From positions 288,001 through 352,000 of the forward strand of contig CAVRJM010000001.1 in the NCBI GenBank assembly GCA_963722075.1: 64,000 nt of DNA, read 5' to 3'. The notes under the pieces were generated by a model, which did not search any database, was not told where the DNA came from, and worked only from the letters and a program-made list of their open reading frames with translations. Position numbers and translations under genes: made by a program. Source of the DNA: Candidatus Babeliales bacterium (GTDB taxonomy: Bacteria > Babelota > Babeliae > Babelales > JANWKD01). This document shows positions 28,503 through 39,569 of this stretch, piece after piece; within the stretch, counting starts at the first letter, position 1; each line of letters starts with the position of its first letter.

Positions 28503-30746
28503 TTATGTTGATTTTTTAGTGCTATAACCACATTCTTTATTAGGACATTGCAAGGTAATTGAACCGTCCTTTTCATATTTTTTAAGTAAATAAGGACTTT
28601 TGCATTGTGGGCACTCTATTTCTTCAATATCATCAAAAATAACAAATTTACATTTAGGGTAATTTTTACAGCCCCAAAATGGTTTGCCTTTCCATTGCTT
28701 TTTGATTATTTCGCCACCATCAAGTGGGCAAGGAAATGATGCTTTAACTTGTTGTATGTACTTACAATCGGGATATCCTGAACAAGCTACAAAAGGACCA
28801 TATTTTCCAACCACCGTGCGCAATGGTTTTCCGCATTGGGGACATTTTTCTTCTAATAATTTAGGTGCTTCCATTGCTACCAATTCTATTGAGCCATCTT
28901 CTTTGCGTTTAAAATTACTCGTGAAAGTACATTCAGGATAATTAAGACACCCAATAAAATGGCCTGCTTTACCAACACGAATAGCCAGGTCCCCCGTTTT
29001 ACATTTAGGACACTTCATGCCAATAGGTTCAGCTGGACGTCTAGCTTCACCACGGAAGGTATCAAGATCTTTTTCAAAAGCATCATAAAATTCTTTTAAT
29101 AAAGTATCACGCTCCAGCGTACCATGGGCAATTTTATCTAAATCACCTTCCATAATCGCGGTAAATTTATAATCCATTATTTTAGGTAAATTTTCGGTGA
29201 GCATTTTAACCACGGTCATACCAAGTTCGGTGGGACTAAACCTTTTTTTACTATCAAGCGTAGTATATTCGCGTGTTCTAATAGTGTTTAAAATAGTCGC
29301 ATAGGTACTTGGGCGCCCAATACCTTCTTTTTCAAGCTCTTTAACTAAGGAAGCTTCTGTAAAGCGTGGCGGTGGTTGGGTAAAATGCTGCTTTGGGGTA
29401 ATTTTTTTCAAATCAAGCGGCGCTTTTGCTTTAATATCTTTTGGTATCACCACTTTTTGTTCTTCTTCATCTTCATCAAGCCCATATACCTTTAAAAAAC
29501 CATCAAATAAAAGGGTAGAACCAGTAATTTTAAAGGTAAATTTATCACCAATTATAGTGACCGTTCGTTGTGCGTATAATGCAGGTTTCATTTGACAAGC
29601 AACAAACCGTTGCCAAATTAGTTCATATAATTTTGCCGCATCAGAAGAAAGATATTTTTTTGCGTATTCGGGTGTAATTGCAATATTAATTGGACGAATT
29701 GCTTCGTGTGCATCTTGTGCTTTACCACCCTTAACATATACGTGCGCTTTAGGGGGTAAATAATTCTTGCCAAATTGTTTATCAATAAAGGTGCGCGCTT
29801 CTTTAAGAGCGACCTCTGAAATGCGCAATGAGTCGGTTCGCATATAGGTGATGAGCGCTACAGGAGTAGTTTCATCCTCAAGCGGAATACCTTCATATAA
29901 ATTTTGGGCAACTTGCATGGTCCTCTTTACCGCAAAACCCAAGCGGTTATAGGCAGCTTGTTGCAAGGTACTGGTCATAAAAGGAGCATTAGGATTTTTA
30001 AGCCGCTGTTTGTCTTCAACACTATCAACGATAAAAGACGTTTTTTTGAGTTGATCTTGAATTTTTTTTGCTTCTGTTTCAGAGGGTATCTCGGCCTTTT
30101 TCTTATTGATATGGGTTAGCGCGGCTGAAAACGTTTCTTTTTCATAACCAAATAACCCGGTAATTGACCAATATTCTTCGGGTTTAAAAGCGCGAATGGC
30201 TTCTTCGCGATCGCAAATTATTTTAAGAGCAACCGATTGAACGCGTCCTGCTGAGAGCCCTTTGGTTATTTTTCTCCATAAAATTGGCGATACTTCGTAG
30301 CCTACCCAGCGATCAAGAACGCGTCGTGCCTGTTGCGCGGCTACCTTTTGCATGTCAATATCATAAGGATGTTCAATAGCCTCGATAATGGCAGGCTTGG
30401 TTATTTCGTTAAAAGTGATTCTATGGATTTTATTCTTATTCTTTATAACCTTTTTAATTTCCTGTGCAATATGCCAGGCAATAATTTCACCTTCTCTATC
30501 AGGATCGGGGGCTAAAAAAACCTCATCAGCACTTTGAGCAGCTTTACAGATATCGTTAATGACTTTTTGCTTATTCTCTAAAACCACATAATCTATGGTA
30601 ATGCCATCGTTCATATCAATACCCAGCTCTTTTGAGGGTAGATCCTTGATATGCCCTATAGTAGACATTACCTTGAAGTCTTTATCCAGAAATTTAGAGA
30701 TGGTCTTAATTTTTGCTGGTGATTCTACAATTAATAATTTTTTCAT
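28503..30746 (-). CDS. topA: DNA topoisomerase I (type IA)
   Basis: IVESPAK TOPRIM, DPDREGE, SAGRVQ, ITYMRTDS, C-terminal zinc ribbons. Confidence 0.98.
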   Translation of the reverse strand: MKKLLIVESPAKIKTISKFLDKDFKVMSTIGHIKDLPSKELGIDMNDGITIDYVVLENKQKVINDICKAAQSADEVFLAPDPDREGEIIAWHIAQEIKKVIKNKNKIHRITFNEITKPAIIEAIEHPYDIDMQKVAAQQARRVLDRWVGYEVSPILWRKITKGLSAGRVQSVALKIICDREEAIRAFKPEEYWSITGLFGYEKETFSAALTHINKKKAEIPSETEAKKIQDQLKKTSFIVDSVEDKQRLKNPNAPFMTSTLQQAAYNRLGFAVKRTMQVAQNLYEGIPLEDETTPVALITYMRTDSLRISEVALKEARTFIDKQFGKNYLPPKAHVYVKGGKAQDAHEAIRPINIAITPEYAKKYLSSDAAKLYELIWQRFVACQMKPALYAQRTVTIIGDKFTFKITGSTLLFDGFLKVYGLDEDEEEQKVVIPKDIKAKAPLDLKKITPKQHFTQPPPRFTEASLVKELEKEGIGRPSTYATILNTIRTREYTTLDSKKRFSPTELGMTVVKMLTENLPKIMDYKFTAIMEGDLDKIAHGTLERDTLLKEFYDAFEKDLDTFRGEARRPAEPIGMKCPKCKTGDLAIRVGKAGHFIGCLNYPECTFTSNFKRKEDGSIELVAMEAPKLLEEKCPQCGKPLRTVVGKYGPFVACSGYPDCKYIQQVKASFPCPLDGGEIIKKQWKGKPFWGCKNYPKCKFVIFDDIEEIECPQCKSPYLLKKYEKDGSITLQCPNKECGYSTKKST

Positions 30747-30907
30747 AGGCCTCTTTTTTTAAGAGCTCAAAATAATTTATATATAATAATAGATTTAGCG
30801 TATTAAACAATATTGTAATTTTTTTTCAATCAATATAGGCTCTTTTTACTTAATAATAAATTAATTATTTTCAAAATGTCAAATATTTGTAAAAAACAAA
30901 GAGGGAA

Positions 30908-31720
30908 ATGCTAATGTTAACTGCAAATGGAAATTCAGGTAATAATGTTTCTAATATTACTAGTAATATTAGGGAATTGCTGGGTATATGGAAAGAGACC
31001 TTTTTTTACCTATTTAATAAGAAGCTTTGGTTGGTAAGCTTAAAAACGGCTTTGGGGACCTACCAGGTGCTTTTTTACCAATTCTGGTGGCTTATAGCGT
31101 TATGCTTGGGTATTCAGCTTCTGGTTTGGAACTACCTGTTTTTAAATCTGACCAGTTATTTATGGCTCTTATCCTGGACTTTTATGGCTCTTATTATTTT
31201 TCTTTTAATACGCGCTTCATTATGTAAAAAGGACTACAATTATTTTCGTAGTTTTATTAAAGCTAATTATATTTTTTTTATTATTATAACCACAGGATTT
31301 TTAACCTGTTGGGAATTTTTGTGGTTAAGCTATATGGAAGGTAGTTATTGGGCAATACTATTGTTATATTTTTTGGTGGTGCCATTATTTTGCATCTACA
31401 CTTTTTTTTATCTTGATACAATTTCCATTAGATTAAAGATAAAAAGAATGGGGAGTGCATTACTATTTCTTTTTTATACATTTCCCTATGTAATGATCAT
31501 TGTATTAGCGACAATTATTCTTTATCTTATTTCAATATTTATGCTGGTACTATGTATGTATGCTTCAAAATACTTTGAAATAATATGGTGGTTTTATCCG
31601 CTGATGTCCAGCCTATTTACACTTGCTGATGCTTTTTTTGCACCAATTTTTTTATCTTTCATTAATACCATTTATACTAAGCAAGTGCATGATCATTATG
31701 ACTTATATGCATTACAGTAA
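30908..31720 (+). CDS. Hypothetical integral membrane protein
   Basis: About six hydrophobic aromatic-rich segments; first gene of a co-directional run. Confidence 0.65.
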   Translation: MLMLTANGNSGNNVSNITSNIRELLGIWKETFFYLFNKKLWLVSLKTALGTYQVLFYQFWWLIALCLGIQLLVWNYLFLNLTSYLWLLSWTFMALIIFLLIRASLCKKDYNYFRSFIKANYIFFIIITTGFLTCWEFLWLSYMEGSYWAILLLYFLVVPLFCIYTFFYLDTISIRLKIKRMGSALLFLFYTFPYVMIIVLATIILYLISIFMLVLCMYASKYFEIIWWFYPLMSSLFTLADAFFAPIFLSFINTIYTKQVHDHYDLYALQ

Positions 31721-31729
31721 GGTAGGTAT

Positions 31730-32440
31730 ATGACTATAATAAGAACATTATTTTTCTATTTCTGTTTTATTATTGCGGTGGTAGTGGCATTGATCCCCTG
31801 CTTTTTCTTATCATTATTGCCTGCTTCAAAGCGGTATGATAATAAAGTATATTTTTTCTTCATGCATCTTTTTTATCGCCTCTGTTTATTTGGTACCTGG
31901 TTACCAATAACGGTAATCGGCAAAGAAAATATGCCTGTTGATGGTTCCATTATAATTGCTAATCATCAATCAGCTTTAGATGTTGTGTTAATCGGTGCTC
32001 TTTTAGGATATAAACCACATTTGTGGATGTTTAAAAAAGAACTCCTTAAAATACCGCTGTATGGGATTATGGCAGGTAGGATGAATGTTGCGGTGGATAG
32101 GGATTCGCCGCGCAAAGCACTTGTTAGTTTATTAGACGGAGTTAGATTAATCAAAGGAACTTCAAGAAGTCTTATTATTTTTCCTGAAGGAGGTCGGTAT
32201 GCTGATGGGAGGGTACATGAATTTTTATGGGGATTTGCTATTATTGCAAGAAAAACGGGGTTTCCCGTTACGCCGGTGCTTATTCAGGATGCATATAAGG
32301 TATACCCTGCAGGAAGTTTTTTTATGAACTATCATCCGATAACCGTAGTAGTTGGTAAACCGTATACATTAGAACCTGATGAATCTGATGAGCAGTTTAT
32401 TGGCCGCATCAGTACTTGGTTTATTAATCCAAAGGGATAA
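31730..32440 (+). CDS. plsC: 1-acyl-sn-glycerol-3-phosphate acyltransferase
   Basis: NHQSALD and IFPEG motifs. Confidence 0.92.
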   Translation: MTIIRTLFFYFCFIIAVVVALIPCFFLSLLPASKRYDNKVYFFFMHLFYRLCLFGTWLPITVIGKENMPVDGSIIIANHQSALDVVLIGALLGYKPHLWMFKKELLKIPLYGIMAGRMNVAVDRDSPRKALVSLLDGVRLIKGTSRSLIIFPEGGRYADGRVHEFLWGFAIIARKTGFPVTPVLIQDAYKVYPAGSFFMNYHPITVVVGKPYTLEPDESDEQFIGRISTWFINPKG

Positions 32441-32443
32441 TAC

Positions 32444-33430
32444 ATGGAATTGCTATTTTCGCTTATGTACCCGAAAATTTTTGCTAGTTTACTACTTATT
32501 ATTATAGCGGCCATATGGTATCGGCTGCGATTATATCAACCAGTGACCTACTTGTATCCGGTAGCAGGGGCGTTATTAACAGCAGGGTATGCATCACGTG
32601 GTAGTTTTCATAAAGTAGTTCTTTTTTTACGCGTAATAAGTTTATTGTTGTTAGCATTGTTAATTACAAAACCGCGTCTTATTGATTACCAATCAATAAT
32701 TCATGGGCAAGGCATTGATATGATGCTGGTACTTGATGTTTCTAATAGCATGCATTTGGTTGATGATCCTTCAAATCCACAAACTCGTTTAGAAGTAGCA
32801 AAACAAGAGGCAATAAAATTTATAGATAAAAGAGAGTTTGACCCTATTGGATTAGTTATTTTTGGTAAAGTTGCGCTTTCCCGCTGCCCGACAACGCTTG
32901 ATAAAAATATTCTAAAATCGATTATTAATGATATTACAATTGGCACCATTGACGGACAAGGAACCGTATTAAATACGGGCATTATAATGGCGGTGAATAG
33001 GCTAAAAGATGCAAAAGGTGTTTCTAAAGTAATGGTAGTACTCACCGATGGAACTCCTTTTGGTGATGATAAAACTGAAGAGCAAGCGATTGCAGTTGCA
33101 AAAAAATATGGTATAAAAATTTATACGATTGGAATCGGTCATGATGGGATTATGTATGTTCATACTCCTTTTGGGCCGCAACCAATACAAGGTGTTGATA
33201 AAGAACGTTTACAAAAAATAGCTCAAGAAACTGGTGGTAGGTTTTTTGAAGCAAAAAAACCTGAAGATATGCAAGCAATATATAACACAATTGATCAGTT
33301 AGAAAAAAGAGATTATGAAACAACGATCTTTAATCATTACTATGAATTTTTTAAACCATTTTTAATTGCGGTATTTCTTACCATTTTTGTGGAATTGTTA
33401 TTAGCCTCATTTATATGGTTTACGGTATGA
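32444..33430 (+). CDS. batA: BatA-like VWA membrane protein
   Basis: MIDAS DVSNSM, LTDG, IKIYTIGIG, IAQETGGRFF; N- and C-terminal TM helices. Confidence 0.85.
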   Translation: MELLFSLMYPKIFASLLLIIIAAIWYRLRLYQPVTYLYPVAGALLTAGYASRGSFHKVVLFLRVISLLLLALLITKPRLIDYQSIIHGQGIDMMLVLDVSNSMHLVDDPSNPQTRLEVAKQEAIKFIDKREFDPIGLVIFGKVALSRCPTTLDKNILKSIINDITIGTIDGQGTVLNTGIIMAVNRLKDAKGVSKVMVVLTDGTPFGDDKTEEQAIAVAKKYGIKIYTIGIGHDGIMYVHTPFGPQPIQGVDKERLQKIAQETGGRFFEAKKPEDMQAIYNTIDQLEKRDYETTIFNHYYEFFKPFLIAVFLTIFVELLLASFIWFTV

Positions 33431-34437
33431 AACAGCTACTTTCTCAAGTGCATTGGGCATCAGCACATAATATAAAATACCTGCCGCTTATTGTAATCGC
33501 AATAGGCATTAGTATATGGCAATATTACAAACGACATTATGCAATAAGCGTACTGGCAAGCCCAGCATGGAGTACACTTTTAATCGCGCATTTTTCGCAA
33601 AGCCGTCACTATATTAAACAAGCGTGTATCATTATAGGCTTATGCATGTTATTTATGGCATTGTTACAACCACAATGGCATAAAAAAGAGGAGCCAATTA
33701 CTCAAAAGGGAAGGGATGTTTTTATTGCGTTTGATATTTCAAAAAGTATGCTTGCTGAGGATGTATCGCCAAATCGACTTACGGCGGCCAAGACAAAAAT
33801 AAAACAATTGATGAGTATGCTTTCATGTGAGCGCATCGGATTAATGCTCTTTGCAGGATCTCCGGTTATTCAATGTCCTTTAACAACTGATTATGATGCT
33901 TTTTTAATGTTTTTAAACCAAATAGATCATAATACGATCTCATCAGGCACAACGGCGATTGATAAAGCAATTCAAAAAGCATTAGAGCTCTTTAATACAA
34001 ACCAAGGCCAAGCTCATAATAAGGTATTACTATTATTTACCGATGGGGAAGATTTTTCCAGCAATTTATCGGCTATCAAAGATGAAGCACAGCGATTGGG
34101 TCTTCGCATCATAACCGTGGGAGTAGGGACTTCAGCAGGAGCACCCATACCATTACTAGATGCAAATCAAGAAAAGCGAGGGTATCAACTTGATGAAAAA
34201 GGTAAAGTTGTTATTTCGGCGTTAAATGAAGGTATTTTAAATAGTTTGGCACACAATTTAAATGGATTATATGTTCAAGTAACCAGCGATGCAACTGATT
34301 TAAAAAAGATTGTTTCTTATATTGAGCATATAGAAAAAGAAAAATTTGAAGATAAAAAGGTGCAGACATTGCAAGAACAATACCATTATTTTAGTGCTAT
34401 TGCGTTTATATGTTTTTTGCTTGAATGGATGCTATGA
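33415..34437 (+). CDS. batB: BatB-like VWA membrane protein
   Basis: DISKSMLAEDVSPNRL, PLTTDY, FTDGED, GVGT..GAPIP. Confidence 0.85.
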   Translation: MVYGMKQLLSQVHWASAHNIKYLPLIVIAIGISIWQYYKRHYAISVLASPAWSTLLIAHFSQSRHYIKQACIIIGLCMLFMALLQPQWHKKEEPITQKGRDVFIAFDISKSMLAEDVSPNRLTAAKTKIKQLMSMLSCERIGLMLFAGSPVIQCPLTTDYDAFLMFLNQIDHNTISSGTTAIDKAIQKALELFNTNQGQAHNKVLLLFTDGEDFSSNLSAIKDEAQRLGLRIITVGVGTSAGAPIPLLDANQEKRGYQLDEKGKVVISALNEGILNSLAHNLNGLYVQVTSDATDLKKIVSYIEHIEKEKFEDKKVQTLQEQYHYFSAIAFICFLLEWML

Positions 34438-35384
34438 AAAAATTTATTTTTATGATTGTTTCGTTACTATTTTTTTTATCTGTTAGAGCGGTGTTTGAGA
34501 CAGATCGCGCAATGAAAGCTTATCATAACAATGATCTTAATGGTGCCCAACAATTATATGATACTCTATTGGTAAAAAACCCTGATCATTATGAAGGTTT
34601 ATATAATTCTGGAAAATTGGCTTATAAACAACAGAATTTTGCGCAATCAGCTGCTTATTTTGAAAAAGCCGCGCATATAAAAACAGCTCCTTCGGGTTTA
34701 AAAGAGCAGGCTTTTTTTGATTTAGGTAATAGCTATGCACAAATAAAAGAATGGCAAAAGGCATTGACTGCTTTTGAACATGTATTAACTATTAACCCAG
34801 ATAATGAGTATGCAAAAAAGACTGTTGAGCGTATAAAACAAATTATCGAGCAGGAGAAGCAGCAACAAGAGCAAGAGAAAGAGAATAACGATAATAACAA
34901 TGATGACAAAAAAGAAGATAAAAAAGAATCTCAAGAAAATAATGAAAATCAGCAACAAGATGATAATCTCCAAGAAAATCAAGACACAAATCAGCAAAAC
35001 AAAAACAAAGAAAATCAAAATAAGTCAAAAGAACAAAGTGGCAATGACCAATCATCAGGGCAAGATAAAAAGGATGAGCCAGATAGTAATCAAGCAAATA
35101 ATCAAAAACAACAGCAACAAGAACAAGATAAGCAATCAAAAAAGCAAGAAGAGCAAAATATGCAAAAGGGCCAGCCTGATAAAAATCAAGCAGGTAATCA
35201 AAAGCGAGATCAAGGGATGTCAGCAATGAATGCTCAAGAAGATAAAAAAGATGCAACCAATAAGGCCGATTATGAAACGCTTTTATTGCAAGCAGTTGAA
35301 CAAGCAGATTCGCGTATGTCAAAATTATTATTGCAGCAACAATTAAATAATGAGGCGTTGCCATATGGTCAAAAAAATTGGTAA
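34425..35384 (+). CDS. batC: BatC-like TPR protein with Q/N/D/E-rich linker
   Basis: TPR motifs (YNSGKLAY, FDLGNSY), low-complexity linker, C-terminal KNW. Confidence 0.8.
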   Translation: MDAMKKFIFMIVSLLFFLSVRAVFETDRAMKAYHNNDLNGAQQLYDTLLVKNPDHYEGLYNSGKLAYKQQNFAQSAAYFEKAAHIKTAPSGLKEQAFFDLGNSYAQIKEWQKALTAFEHVLTINPDNEYAKKTVERIKQIIEQEKQQQEQEKENNDNNNDDKKEDKKESQENNENQQQDDNLQENQDTNQQNKNKENQNKSKEQSGNDQSSGQDKKDEPDSNQANNQKQQQQEQDKQSKKQEEQNMQKGQPDKNQAGNQKRDQGMSAMNAQEDKKDATNKADYETLLLQAVEQADSRMSKLLLQQQLNNEALPYGQKNW

Positions 35385-37053
35385 ATTAACTATTTTTTTA
35401 CTATTTATACCATTTTTTATGCTGTCGGCTCATCAGGAATTAGTGATTCGTGTCATTAATAAAAATGGCCAATCAGTTACCCAACTGAGTATGGGAGTTC
35501 CTTACACCTTACAAATTGAAGTGGCGGGTAATCAAAACCTATCAACCATAACCATTCCTGGGTTAGAACACTTTTATTCTGAATTTTGCGGAGCTAGCAG
35601 AATAAAAGAGATGTCCCGCAGTAAGACTATTTATGAATATGTTATTCGTGCTGATAAACTAGGATCCTTTACGCTCGGACCTATCGAAGTTTCATATTCA
35701 AATGGCAGCATAGTCACTTCAAATGTTTGTTCATTAGAGGTACATAAAAATGAACAGTCGCCGATACATATTGAATTAAAAATAGACGAGCAGCGTTGTT
35801 ATGTGGGGCAACGAATTGGGGGCACCATAGTAATCGATGCACCCAAGGAAATTCAGCTGGTGAGTGTACAAATTCCTCAACTTGATCCTGCTCTAGGTAA
35901 AGTAACAAAGGCAAGTGAACTAACGCATTCATCAATAATAAAAGATGGTAAAAGAGTTGAACAATATGAACTTGCCTTAGAATTTATTATTTCTAAAGCA
36001 GGTTCATATAAAGTACCTCCCATTGAAATAACAGCAGCGGTACCCGTTAAAAGAACAAATTCGATGTGGGGATTTGGTTTATCATATACTAATATGCAAG
36101 AACAATTATTTCGTTCAGAAGAAATGGTTTCATTTCATGTTGAACCGTTACCAGATCCTTCTATTTCGGTGCATGGTGTTGGTAATTTTGATTCATTTTC
36201 TATGAATGCTGATCATGCAACGGCATGTGTAGGAGAAGCAGTTGTGGTGACATTGCATTTGGTAGGAAAAACAGGTGTAGCAGACGTCATCTCATTGCCG
36301 CTTGAATTACCCTCTTGCCTCAAATATTATGAATCAAAATCGTCAATTCAAACACTCTCCAATGGTATGCTTAAAAAATCATTTGAATATATCGTGCAGG
36401 CTTTAGAATCGGGTGATTGTGAAATTCCTGCGCAATTATTTATTTTTTTTGATCCCATTAAAAAAAGTTATCGTAGGTTGAAGACACAAAAAATTGCGCT
36501 TTCTATTACTGCTAATGTAAAAAAAATGAAACCACTAGACGATAGAAGTCCCCAAGAAATGCAAGACGTTTCGTATCTTCCCTTAAATACTGATGGGCCG
36601 ATTATTTATCATGGAATGCGCTCATTATCTCATATCTATTTTGTATTCGCGCTTCTTATATGGGTTCTATTAATTAGTGTATATGGCGTTAAAAAATATC
36701 TATTTTTGCCAAATGGGTATTGGTTTAATAATCGTAAACGTGTTGCAATTAAAGCGCTTAAAAAAAAATTAACTGCTATAAAACAAAATAAGAATTATGC
36801 ATACTTATATACTATTTTTGTTGAGTTTTTTGCTAGTCGATCGGACGTTGCATTGGCAGAAATTGATGCTGATCGTATCAATAAAATACTGAAAGCAGCG
36901 GGGTTTATGGCACCCGCTCTTGAGCAATGGAATAGATTCTTTCAGGAATTAGCTCAGCAGGCATTTTTTAATGCACAGACAGATAAAAATCTTATGTTAG
37001 ATTTATTAAATCGAGCATATGTTTGGATTGATCAATTTGAAGAAAAATTATGA
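35350..37053 (+). CDS. batD: BatD-like protein
   Basis: Signal peptide, beta-rich repeats, GVGNF, FFDP...Y, late TM helix; position in the bat run. Confidence 0.8.
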   Translation: MRRCHMVKKIGKLTIFLLFIPFFMLSAHQELVIRVINKNGQSVTQLSMGVPYTLQIEVAGNQNLSTITIPGLEHFYSEFCGASRIKEMSRSKTIYEYVIRADKLGSFTLGPIEVSYSNGSIVTSNVCSLEVHKNEQSPIHIELKIDEQRCYVGQRIGGTIVIDAPKEIQLVSVQIPQLDPALGKVTKASELTHSSIIKDGKRVEQYELALEFIISKAGSYKVPPIEITAAVPVKRTNSMWGFGLSYTNMQEQLFRSEEMVSFHVEPLPDPSISVHGVGNFDSFSMNADHATACVGEAVVVTLHLVGKTGVADVISLPLELPSCLKYYESKSSIQTLSNGMLKKSFEYIVQALESGDCEIPAQLFIFFDPIKKSYRRLKTQKIALSITANVKKMKPLDDRSPQEMQDVSYLPLNTDGPIIYHGMRSLSHIYFVFALLIWVLLISVYGVKKYLFLPNGYWFNNRKRVAIKALKKKLTAIKQNKNYAYLYTIFVEFFASRSDVALAEIDADRINKILKAAGFMAPALEQWNRFFQELAQQAFFNAQTDKNLMLDLLNRAYVWIDQFEEKL

Positions 37054-37751
37054 AGTTAATACTAGTTTTTTTTATCCTAATTACTGCTTATAGCTCATGT
37101 AATGCCACTGCTCAGGAACTTTTTTTACAAGCAAATAATGCATATAAGAAAGGCAATTTTAGCCAAGCGCTTGATGCATTTAATGCTATTGATAATAAGG
37201 GAGCGGCTGTTTGGTACAATATGGGAAATGCCTATTACCATCTGAATCGATATGTTGATGCGCTTATTGCATGGAAACGAGCATTAAAATATGATGGTTT
37301 TCATTTGATAGATGCTATTAATGCAAATAGTGATTGTGCTTATGATAAACTTGAAATAAAGCAATCGTATGGATATTTGGATTGGGTAACGAAGGAAATT
37401 AATAGACGTTCCCTTTTTTTCTGGCAATTTATTTTTTTATGCTCATTATATGGCTTTTTATTAGTATTATATGGGGTAAAGAATAAAAAATGGTTGATTT
37501 TTATTTGCTTGTTAGTGATCAATAGTACCGGAATAGGATTAATTGTTCGATGGCAAGAGCGGAATTGTCAAACGGGGATAGTTATAAGCGATACGTTTTT
37601 AGTGGCGGGTAATGACGAACAGTTTTCAAAAATAGGAGCATTAAAACCGGGGCAAGAAGTTATTATTAAAGAAAAGAATCAATCATGGTGCAAAGTAGCC
37701 GTTGATAATCAGATTGGATGGATTTTAAATAATAATGTTGAGTTTATTTGA
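37050..37751 (+). CDS. batE: BatE-like TPR + SH3 protein
   Basis: YNMGNAYY TPR, two TM helices, C-terminal W..V....GWI SH3-like domain. Confidence 0.8.
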   Translation: MKLILVFFILITAYSSCNATAQELFLQANNAYKKGNFSQALDAFNAIDNKGAAVWYNMGNAYYHLNRYVDALIAWKRALKYDGFHLIDAINANSDCAYDKLEIKQSYGYLDWVTKEINRRSLFFWQFIFLCSLYGFLLVLYGVKNKKWLIFICLLVINSTGIGLIVRWQERNCQTGIVISDTFLVAGNDEQFSKIGALKPGQEVIIKEKNQSWCKVAVDNQIGWILNNNVEFI

Positions 37752-37763
37752 GTATGCTAAGCA

Positions 37764-38606
37764 ATGAATTATAAAGAATTAACGCAATATTTTTCACCTA
37801 TTTTTGTAATTTCCCTTTCAAGTGTAATGTTCGTCATAACGGGATTATTAATTTTTGAATATCGTTTTTTTAAAGAGCAATCACGGCGCATGCAAGAACT
37901 GCAAAAAGATTATCAACAATATATTGGTGTTTTTAAACAAAATTTATATGCGCAGCAAAAAAAAAATGATGGTGCTCAAAAAGAGATCGTTACCGATGAA
38001 AGTAATAACATTAATCTCGTTAATCGTGAAGCAATGTATCTAAAAAAATCAGCGCTTGCCTTTGGTAAAACACACAATTTAGAAAAAGTTATTAAGCCAT
38101 TGTATGAAGGATGTAGTTGGGATGCTAGTTATGTAGCGCAAGCAATTAATCATCGTTTGGAAAGTGAACCCAAGAAAGTAAAAATAAAACAAGAATCGGT
38201 AAATTATTACCCGGTTGATTTTACCCTATCATGGCCTATTAATAAAAATCAATTTTGGATTAGTTCCCATTATGGACCACGTAAAAACAGTTTTCATTTT
38301 GGCGTTGATCTAGCAGCGCTTAAAGGAACGCCCGTGTATGCTGCTAGTGAAGGCGTTGTTATTGAGGCATCATATACCCCCAAAGGATATGGTAAATCAA
38401 TTGTTGTTGATCATAAGAAATGTAAAACGCGTTATGCGCATTTACATGAAATGTATGTTAAAGTAGGAGACTGGGTTACGCGCGCACGGCCTATTGGAAG
38501 TGTAGGCAAAACGGGATTGGTAAAAGGTAAGAAGCCTGAGCATTTACATTTTGAGGTTATAGATCTATTTGGCAAGCGTATTAATCCTTTGTATATTTTA
38601 AAATGA
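37764..38606 (+). CDS. M23-family metallopeptidase
   Basis: H-x-GVD, GTPVYA, YAHL, HLHFEV, INP. Confidence 0.92.
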   Translation: MNYKELTQYFSPIFVISLSSVMFVITGLLIFEYRFFKEQSRRMQELQKDYQQYIGVFKQNLYAQQKKNDGAQKEIVTDESNNINLVNREAMYLKKSALAFGKTHNLEKVIKPLYEGCSWDASYVAQAINHRLESEPKKVKIKQESVNYYPVDFTLSWPINKNQFWISSHYGPRKNSFHFGVDLAALKGTPVYAASEGVVIEASYTPKGYGKSIVVDHKKCKTRYAHLHEMYVKVGDWVTRARPIGSVGKTGLVKGKKPEHLHFEVIDLFGKRINPLYILK

Positions 38607-38672
38607 ATGATTAAATGAACGTATTAATGAGCTAGAACAAAGCTTATACAAAATAATAATCGAAAGAGCATA

Positions 38673-39548
38673 ATGAATTATATTCATCGTTTTTGGAAAT
38701 GGATGCATCGTCCTAATAAATCAAAGATAGCACAATATATTGAAACAATTGTTATTATTGTTCCTATTGCATTTGTAATACGAACTTATTTTTATGGGTT
38801 GTATCAAGTTCCAACAGGTTCTATGGAAACTACTATGCTTGTTGGTGAGCGTTTTTTTGCCGATAAGTTTACTATTCTTTTTACGCCACTTAAACACGGT
38901 GATATTATTACCTTTAATGACCCAAAATTTGATTATTCGGATAATTATTATATGGATCTTTTCCAGCGCTATGTATGGGGTCCTTCTAATTGGACCAAAC
39001 GGTTGATCGGATTACCCGGAGATCATATTAAAGGCGTAATGGAAGATGGAAAGCCGGTTGTTTATCGAAATGGTCAAAAACTTGATGAGCCATATGTTAA
39101 TAAATTTCCGTTAATTGGTGTTTATGTAGAAGGCAAAATGCCGCCGTGGGAAGTACGCTCATATGATGAAGCGTATAGTTTTGAACAACAACCATATTAT
39201 AGAATGAGTCCGGTTGATGTAGAACTAGCTAAAAAATTGATGGAACGATATGAGCAAGAATGGATGAGAAAACCATATACACCAACCTATGATGGGTATC
39301 GTAATATTGATGAATTTGATGTACATTTGGGCGCTCAAGAAATATGGGTAATGGGTGATAATCGAAAAGGAAGCTATGATTCACGCTATTGGGGACCATT
39401 AGATATAAAATTAGTACACGGCAAAATTCTTATTCGCTTATGGTCAATCGATAGTAATGAATCATGGTTTATTAGTGATCTTATTAAACATCCAATCGAT
39501 TTTTGGACCCGCGTGCGCTGGAGTCGATTCTTCCAATTTGTATATTAA
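38673..39548 (+). CDS. lepB: Signal peptidase I
   Basis: PTGSME, KRLIGLPGD, MGDNR..SYDSRYWG. Confidence 0.95.
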   Translation: MNYIHRFWKWMHRPNKSKIAQYIETIVIIVPIAFVIRTYFYGLYQVPTGSMETTMLVGERFFADKFTILFTPLKHGDIITFNDPKFDYSDNYYMDLFQRYVWGPSNWTKRLIGLPGDHIKGVMEDGKPVVYRNGQKLDEPYVNKFPLIGVYVEGKMPPWEVRSYDEAYSFEQQPYYRMSPVDVELAKKLMERYEQEWMRKPYTPTYDGYRNIDEFDVHLGAQEIWVMGDNRKGSYDSRYWGPLDIKLVHGKILIRLWSIDSNESWFISDLIKHPIDFWTRVRWSRFFQFVY

Positions 39549-39569
39549 ACAACTTTTTTAAGGATAGAT

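Noticed and set aside
34843..35364. Overlapping ORFs and low-complexity sequence inside batC
   Set aside because: Artefacts of the Q/N/D/E-rich linker, which is normal for BatC.
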